From assembly GCA_963758525.1 (NCBI GenBank), contig CAVWVQ010000003.1, forward strand, positions 960,001-1,024,000: a stretch of 64,000 bases of DNA, given 5' to 3'. The DNA comes from an uncultured Phycisphaerales bacterium. Its GTDB lineage: Bacteria > Planctomycetota > Phycisphaerae > Tepidisphaerales > Tepidisphaeraceae. Both the position numbers and the translations under genes were made by a program. Below are positions 55,701-64,000 of this stretch, in pieces (the stretch's first letter is position 1; each line of letters begins with the position of its first letter). Under the pieces are notes generated by a model that did no database searches, was not told the DNA's origin, and saw only the letters and a list, made by a program, of their open reading frames with translations.

Positions 55701-58700
55701 AGCGAACCGTCGCCCAACGGCAGTTTCATCAATCTGGGCTTCGAAGGAGATACCGCCCAGGCCTCGCTCAGCCCCGCGCAGTACGTCTCGCTCGTCACTC
55801 CCGATGGCGGCGAAACCTGGCCCGAGGGGCAGACCTTCACCATCCGCTGGCGCAGTGAGTCGACCGGCACATACAACATCGATCTGATGCAGGTCGGCAA
55901 CTCCACGCCAGTTCTCTCCATCGCCAAAAACGTGACCACCACAACCGACGAGGGCACCTTTGCCTGGGCGATTCCGACTACTGGTCTTACGCCTGCCAGC
56001 AACTATCTCGTTCGCGTTACCAAGGCCAGCAACAGTCTCACCGCTACCAGCATCCAGCCGTTTACGATCGGCGCGGTACAACACAATTATTACATTAACG
56101 ACAACTCGACTCTCGGCGATCAATACACCACCGCCGTCGGCAATAATGCAAACAGCGGATTGGACCCCGCTCATCCCAAGGCTTCCCTTCAAGCGCTCCT
56201 GCAGGCTTACAGCCTCGGCGCGGGCAACACGATCTACGTCGACACTGGCGTCTATGGTCTCACGTCAAACGTCGTGTTGTCCGCGACGAATAGTGGCGTA
56301 CACATCGTTGGGGCAACTACCAATGCTTCAGAGAGCGCCGGCTACAAGAGTTCCGTGCTGTCGAGCAGCCCGCTGGCGTACTACCGTCTGGGGGATGCGT
56401 CAGGGACGACGGCGGCGGATGCCTCGGGGCACAATCTCAAGGGAACGTATTCCTCTTCGGGCGTAACGCTGGGCAAGGCCGGGGTGCTGCCGACGGATCC
56501 GACGACGGCAGCGGCGTTTGATGGTTCGGGCGGCTCGGTTGCGCTGCCCTCGGGGTTTGCCAACCTGACCGGCGGGTTCAGCTTCGACGCCTGGATCTAT
56601 CCCACGTCCAGCGCCGGCAACCAGCAGATCTTCCAGTTGAGCAACGGGAACGGGCAGTCGGCCGGCTCCAGCGATCTGCACCTCAGTTATTACGGGGACA
56701 CGTACTACTACGGCAACACGTTGTACCTCACGCTCTATCAGGACGGGAGCAACCACCAGATCAGCGTGGGCAACGCCCTGACGCTGAACACCTGGCAGCA
56801 CGTGGCCTTCACGATCGACGCCTCGGGCAACGCCGTGATGTATGTCAACGGGCTGGCGGTCGCCGGCGGAGCGATGGCCCCGCTTGACAATCTCCCGCGC
56901 ACCCAGAACAGCCTGGCCTCGGGAACCGACGGGATTCCCTTCGCCGGGGAGATGCAGGAGGCGGCGTTGTACGGTTCGGCCCTCTCGGCCACGCAGCTGC
57001 GCGCCCATTACGACATCGCCACCGCCAAGGGAACGCTGCTGGACCGGGGCAACGCCTCGGCGGGCAGCTACGGCATCGAGCTGCAGAATGCCAGTAACGT
57101 CACGCTCGATCACCTGAACATCACCGGCGCGTACGACGCGGTGCATACCACCAGTTCGTCGCTGGCCGATGGCTCGGCGGGCCTGACGCTGACCAACTCG
57201 ACGCTCTTCGCCAACGCCGACGCCGGCCTGAACGTGGATCAGTATTCCACCGGGAGCACGCTGGGGACCGACACGGCGTACGGCCTGCCGGGCGGACCGA
57301 CCACCGCCGACGATCAGACTTACGGCTTCTACATCCAGGGCCAGGGCGCCGCCGTCAGCAGCAGCACCGCCTACGCCAGCAACACCTACGGCTTCTATGT
57401 CACCGGCGACGGCTCGACGCTGACCGGCAACACTGCCTATAACGACGCCAATGCGGGGATCTACCTCAGCGGCTCAGGCTCCTCGGCCACCGGCAATACC
57501 GTCCGCGGCAATGGCTACGGCATCCAAACCGACAACGGCGGAGCCCAGACCCTCACCGTCAGCGGCAACACCGTCTATAACAACGTCACCACCGGCATTC
57601 AGGGCAACAATAACGTTCTGATCACCGGCAATACCGTCTACGGCCAGAGCGGCGTCAACGCCAGCGGCATCTCCCTCACCAGCGGCGCCAAAGCCCTCTC
57701 CAACGTCGTCTACCTCAACTACAACGGCATCGTCGAAGCCAACGACAGCGGCGGCCTGATCCAGGGCAACCGGGTCTACGCCAACTCCAACGCCGGCATC
57801 TACTCGCAGAACGACACGGTGAATGCCAACACCGTCTATTCCAACGGGATCGGCATCTACGCCGGCTACTACTACGGCGGGGGCGTGGTGGAAAACAACC
57901 TCGACTACGCCAACAGCACCGCCGCCCTGCAGATCAGCGGCAACAGTGGCAATCCAGGGAGTGGCGTGCAGGTGCTGAACAACACCTTCTATCAGATCGT
58001 CGGCGACGCCATCGATGTGCTGGGCGGCGCCAGCAGCACCAACATCCAGAACAACATCCTGCAGGTCAACGCCGGATACGACCTCAACGTCGATCCCTCC
58101 AGCCAGGTTGGATTCACCAGCGACTACAACGATCTGTTCACGAGCGGTTCAGGCCAGGTGGCGCGGTGGCAGGGGACGGCGTATGCCACGCTCGCCGGCT
58201 GGTTCTATGCGGCCAACCACGACGGCGACAGCCTGAGCCTCGATCCGTTATTCGTCAAACCTGCCGGGAATGACGGGCTGCTGGGGTATGTCAACAACGC
58301 CGATGACGGGCAGGACGACAACTTCCATCTGCAAAGCAGTTCGCCGGCCATCGACGAGGGGAATCCCAACAGCTACTGGCTGAGCGAACCGATTCCCTCC
58401 GGCGGGCGGGTCAATCTGGGTTACGACGGGGGCACCTCCGCGGCCGCCGTCAGCGCTTCCCAGACTCTGCAGGTGGTCTCGCCCGACGGCCCGGCCAAGC
58501 TGCTGGCGGGACAGACCTACACGATCAACTGGCGTTCCAGCGGACTGCTCAAGACCAATACCGTCGCCCTGATCAACGCCGGCGGCGGAACCATCGACGG
58601 CGGGACCGCGGGCGTGTGGCTGGGCAATCAGTTCCTGACCAGTGCTCCCAACACAACCAATACCGGCTCGTTCACCACGGCGGTTGATACCAGCGGCGTG

Positions 58701-61700
58701 ACCAACCCCGCCCCGCAGGGCGTCTACCAGAACTACATTTACGCCAACGGCAGCTATGGCAGCAGCAACGACTCCCTCTCCTGGTCGCTGCCGGTGCCCA
58801 ACGGGACGTACACGATCCGCCTGCACTTTGCCGACCCCTACGCCACCGCCGCCAACCAGCGGGTCTTTGACGTGCAACTGCAGGGGGCGACGGTCAAGAG
58901 GGGCTATGACATCTACGCCGCCGCCGGCGCCGCCGACAAGGCGGCCACGCTTTCCTACACCGTTACCGCCAGCGGAGGGACGGGAATCAACCTCTCCCTG
59001 GTGGGGGACGCTTCAAACCAAAACTGGGGGCCGCTCATCTCCGGGATCGAGCTGAGCGCCGCCAATGCCGCCGGCGGCGTCACCAGCCCCAAGGTCAATC
59101 TCCAGTACTCGGGCAACGGCGGAAGCAGCTGGTCGACGATCGCCAGCAATCTGACCATGGACCGCTTCGGCCGCGGAAGCTACGCCTGGACAATTCCCAC
59201 GGCCATCGCTTCGGGCAATTACCTCATCCGCGTGGTCTCCACCGATTATCCGACGATCAGCGGAACTTCCCTCACTCCCCTGCAGATCGCCGCCGCGAGC
59301 CACAGCTATTACGTCAATGACAACTCGACTCTGGGCGATCAATACACCACCGCCGTCGGCAATAATGCCAACGACGGCAAGACCCCCGCCACCCCCATGG
59401 CCAGCCTCGCCGCCCTCATCAGCGCCTACCACCCCGGCGCCGGCGACACGATTTACGTTGACACCGGCGTCTACAACTTCTCGTCGAACTTCATCCTGAC
59501 CGCCCAGGACAGCGGCGTGCATATCGTGGGCGCGACGATCAGCGCTTCGGAAAGCGCCGCCTACAAGAGTTCGGTGCTGTCGAGCAGCCCGCTGGCGTAC
59601 TACCGTCTGGGGGATGCGTCAGGGACGACGGCGGCGGATGCCTCGGGGCACAATCTCAAGGGAACGTATTCCTCTTCGGGCGTAACGCTGGGCAAGGCCG
59701 GGGTGCTGCCGACGGATCCGACGACGGCAGCGGCGTTTGATGGTTCGGGCGGCTCGGTTGCGCTGCCCTCGGGGTTTGCCAACCTGACCGGCGGGTTCAG
59801 CTTCGACGCATGGATCTATCCCACGTCCAGCGCCGGCAACCAGCAGATCTTCCAGTTGAGCAACGGGAACGGGCAGTCGGCCGGCTCCAGCGATCTGCAC
59901 CTCAGTTATTACGGGGACACGTACTACTACGGCAACCAGTTGTATCTCACGCTCTATCAGGACGGGAGCAACCACCAGATCAGCGTGGGCAACGCCCTGA
60001 CGCTGAACACCTGGCAGCACGTGGCCTTCACGATCGACGCCTCGGGCAACGCCGTGATGTATGTCAACGGGCTGGCGGTCGCCGGCGGAGCGATGGCCCC
60101 GCTTGACAATCTCCCGCGCACCCAGAACAGCCTGGCCTCGGGAACCGACGGGATTCCCTTCGCCGGGGAGATGCAGGAGGCGGCGTTGTACGGTTCGGCC
60201 CTCTCGGCCACGCAGCTGCGCGCCCATTACGACATCGCCACCGCCAAGGGAACGCTGCTGGACCGGGGCAACGCCTCGGCGGGCAGCTACGGCATCGAGC
60301 TGCAGAATGCCAGTAACGTCACGCTCGATCACCTGAACATCACCGGCGCGTACGACGCGGTGCATACCACCAGTTCGTCGCTGGCCGATGGCTCGGCGGG
60401 CCTGACGCTGACCAACTCGACGCTCTTCGCCAACGCCGACGCCGGCCTGAACGTGGATCAGTATTCCACCGGGAGCACGCTGGGGACCGACACGGCGTAC
60501 GGCCTGCCGGGCGGACCGACCACCGCCGACGATCAGACTTACGGCTTCTACATCCAGGGCCAGGGCGCCGCCGTCAGCAGCAGCACCGCCTACGCCAGCA
60601 ACACCTACGGCTTCTATGTCACCGGCGACGGCTCGACGCTGACCGGCAACACTGCCTATAACGACGCCAATGCGGGGATCTACCTCAGCGGCTCAGGCTC
60701 CTCGGCCACCGGCAATACCGTCCGCGGCAATGGCTACGGCATCCAAACCGACAACGGCGGAGCCCAGACCCTCACCGTCAGCGGCAACACCGTCTATAAC
60801 AACGTCACCACCGGCATTCAGGGCAACAATAACGTTCTGATCACCGGCAATACCGTCTACGGCCAGAGCGGCGTCAACGCCAGCGGCATCTCCCTCACCA
60901 GCGGCGCCAAAGCCCTCTCCAACGTCGTCTACCTCAACTACAACGGCATCGTCGAAGCCAACGACAGCGGCGGCCTGATCCAGGGCAACCGGGTCTACGC
61001 CAACTCCAACGCCGGCATCTACTCGCAGAACGACACGGTGAATGCCAACACCGTCTATTCCAACGGGATCGGCATCTACGCCGGCTACTACTACGGCGGG
61101 GGCGTGGTGGAAAACAACCTCGACTACGCCAACAGCACCGCCGCCCTGCAGATCAGCGGCAACAGTGGCAATCCAGGGAGTGGCGTGCAGGTGCTGAACA
61201 ACACCTTCTATCAGATCGTCGGCGATGCCATCGATGTGCTGGGCGGCGCCAGCAGCACCAACATCCAGAACAACATCCTGCAGGTCAACGCCGGATACGA
61301 CCTCAACGTCGATCCCTCCAGCCAGGTTGGATTCACCAGCGACTACAACGACCTGTTCACGAGCGGTTCAGGCCAGGTGGCGCGGTGGCAGGGGACGGCG
61401 TATGCCACGCTCGCCGGCTGGTTCTATGCGGCCAACCACGACGGCGACAGCCTGAGCCTCGATCCGTTATTCGTCAAACCTGCCGGGAATGACGGGCTGC
61501 TGGGGTATGTCAACAACGCCGATGACGGGCAGGACGACAACTTCCATCTGCAAAGCAGTTCGCCGGCCATCGACGAGGGGAATCCCAACAGCTACTGGCT
61601 GAGCGAACCGATTCCCTCCGGCGGGCGGGTCAATCTGGGTTACGACGGGGGCACCTCCGCGGCCGCCGTCAGCGCTTCCCAGACTCTGCAGGTGGTCTCG

Positions 61701-64000
61701 CCCGACGGCCCGGCCAAGCTGCTGGCGGGACAGACCTACACGATCAACTGGCGTTCCAGCGGACTGCTCAAGACCAATACCGTCGCCCTGATCAACGCCG
61801 GCGGCGGAACCATCGACGGCGGGACCGCGGGCGTGTGGCTGGGCAATCAGTTCCTGACCAGTGCTCCCAACACAACCAATACCGGCTCGTTCACCACGGC
61901 GGTTGATACCAGCGGCGTGACCAACCCCGCCCCGCAGGGCGTCTACCAGAACTACATTTACGCCAACGGCAGCTATGGCAGCAGCAACGACTCCCTCTCC
62001 TGGTCGCTGCCGGTGCCCAATGGGACGTACACGATCCGCCTGCACTTTGCCGAACCGAGCGCCACCGCCGCCAACCAGCGGGTCTTTGACGTGCAACTGC
62101 AGGGGGCGACGGTCAAGAGCGGCTATGACATCTACGCCGCCGCCGGCGCCGCCGGCAAGGCGGCCACGCTTTCCTACACCGTTACCGCCAGCGGAGGGAC
62201 GGGAATCAACCTCTCCCTGGTGGGGGACGCTTCAAACCAAAACTGGGGGCCGCTCATCTCCGGGATCGAGCTGAGCGCCGCCAATGCCGCCGGCGGCGTC
62301 ACCAGCCCCAAGGTCAATCTCCAGTACTCGGGCAACGGCGGAAGCAGCTGGTCGACGATCGCCAGCAATCTGACCATGGACCGCTTCGGCCGCGGAAGCT
62401 ACGCCTGGACAATTCCCACGGCCATCGCTTCGGGCAATTACCTCATCCGCGTGGTCTCCACCGATTATCCGACGATCAGCGGAACTTCCCTCACTCCCCT
62501 GCAGATCGCCGCCGCGAGCCACAGCTATTACGTCAATGACAACTCGACTCTGGGCGATCAATACACCACCGCCGTCGGCAATAATGCCAACGACGGCAAG
62601 ACCCCCGCCACCCCCATGGCCAGCCTCGCCGCCCTCATCAGCGCCTACCACCCCGGCGCCGGCGACACGATTTACGTTGACACCGGCGTCTACAACTTCT
62701 CGTCGAACTTCATCCTGACCGCCCAGGACAGCGGCGTGCATATCGTGGGCGCGACGATCAGCGCTTCGGAAAGCGCCGCCTACAAGAGTTCGGTTCTGTC
62801 GAGCAGCCCGCTGGCGTACTACCGTCTGGGGGATGCGTCAGGGACGACGGCGGCGGATGCCTCGGGGCACAATCTCAAGGGAACGTATTCCTCTTCGGGC
62901 GTAACGCTGGGCAAGGCCGGGGTGCTGCCGACGGATCCGACGACGGCAGCGGCGTTTGATGGTTCGGGCGGCTCGGTTGCGCTGCCCTCGGGGTTTGCCA
63001 ACCTGACCGGCGGGTTCAGCTTCGACGCCTGGATCTATCCCACGTCCAGCGCCGGCAACCAGCAGATCTTCCAGTTGAGCAACGGGAACGGGCAGTCGGC
63101 CGGCTCCAGCGATCTGCACCTCAGTTATTACGGGGACACGTACTACTACGGCAACACGTTGTACCTCACGCTCTATCAGGACGGGAGCAACCACCAGATC
63201 AGCGTGGGCAACGCCCTGACGCTGAACACCTGGCAGCACGTGGCCTTCACGATCGACGCCTCGGGCAACGCCGTGATGTATGTCAACGGGCTGGCGGTCG
63301 CCGGCGGAGCGATGGCCCCGCTTGACAATCTCCCGCGCACCCAGAACAGCCTGGCCTCGGGAACCGACGGGATTCCCTTCGCCGGGGAGATGCAGGAGGC
63401 GGCGTTGTACGGTTCGGCCCTCTCGGCCACGCAGCTGCGCGCCCATTACGACATCGCCACCGCCAAGGGAACGCTGCTGGACCGGGGCAACGCCTCGGCG
63501 GGCAGCTACGGCATCGAGCTGCAGAATGCCAGTAACGTCACGCTCGATCACCTGAACATCACCGGCGCGTACGACGCGGTGCATACCACCAGTTCGTCGC
63601 TGGCCGATGGCTCGGCGGGCCTGACGCTGACCAACTCGACGCTCTTCGCCAACGCCGACGCCGGCCTGAACGTGGATCAGTATTCCACCGGGAGCACGCT
63701 GGGGACCGACACGGCGTACGGCCTGCCGGGCGGACCGACCACCGCCGACGATCAGACTTACGGCTTCTACATCCAGGGCCAGGGCGCCGCCGTCAGCAGC
63801 AGCACCGCCTACGCCAGCAACACCTACGGCTTCTATGTCACCGGCGACGGCTCGACGCTGACCGGCAACACTGCCTATAACGACGCCAATGCGGGGATCT
63901 ACCTCAGCGGCTCAGGCTCCTCGGCCACCGGCAATACCGTCCGCGGCAATGGCTACGGCATCCAAACCGACAACGGCGGAGCCCAGACCCTCACCGTCAG
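43754..64000 (+). CDS. Giant adhesin-like surface protein (at least ~6,700 aa, 3'-truncated): planctomycete leader, RTX-like repeats, propeller-like repeats, beta-helix units, FBA-like, LamG and malectin domains (apparent frameshift at 50948)
   Basis: EPLEDRFLLS leader; ORF 43754 reads sensibly to WAAL, then continues from 50949 (AGATSGSGVS...). The same frame holds at spot checks 53220, 54900, 56343 and 63960, and the ORF track lists no stop-terminated ORF in it. Confidence 0.88.
48930..49800 (+). repeat. RTX-like nonapeptide repeats with a 162-bp (54-aa) super-period
   Basis: AGxGx(N/D)xIx units; the GQGNN block recurs near 49223, 49385 and 49547. Confidence 0.8.
56343..64000 (+). repeat. 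Near-identical 3,219-bp intragenic tandem repeat (two full copies plus a partial third)
   Basis: Copies start at 56343, 59562 and 62781; shadow ORFs recur at exact 3,219-bp offsets (56381/59600/62819). Confidence 0.97.

Noticed and set aside
54393..63584. Long minus-strand ORFs (599, 248, 209, 169 aa) in the giant-gene region
   Set aside because: Antisense shadows of the GC-rich plus-strand gene; they recur with the tandem repeat
56343..64000. Diversity-generating retroelement explaining the repeat variation
   Set aside because: No reverse transcriptase in the window; differences are not adenine-specific and the repeats are whole in-frame 3.2-kb units

Overview
GC-rich bacterial window, very probably from a planctomycete (Phycisphaerae/Tepidisphaera-like). 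This is inferred from four LExRxLLS-type 'planctomycete extracellular' leaders, an H-X9-DG pilin-like module, a membrane-anchored ECF sigma factor and a PmoA/DUF6807-family gene. Bases 1-34.8 kb carry housekeeping and envelope genes (ArnT-like GT, YccA, alr, Gfo/Idh/MocA, nadB, a lone nuoC, nth, GT2-methyltransferase, GH16, USP, ArsR-CMD-rhodanese, epimerase-WecA/TagO-ugd, tRNA-Asp) interspersed with many REP/REPIN-like and short-period inverted-repeat elements. After tRNA-Asp comes a surface locus: a GT4, an internally deleted leader-protein gene, an Ig-like surface protein, a coupled aminotransferase/unknown/GNAT/GT1 cassette, and a giant (at least ~6,700 aa) adhesin-like gene. That gene runs off the window end and contains 3,219-bp near-identical tandem repeats (LamG + beta-helix + malectin). 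About ten genes are split by 1-2 nt frameshifts that look like long-read sequencing errors. Domain calls are by-eye motif recognition, not database searches.
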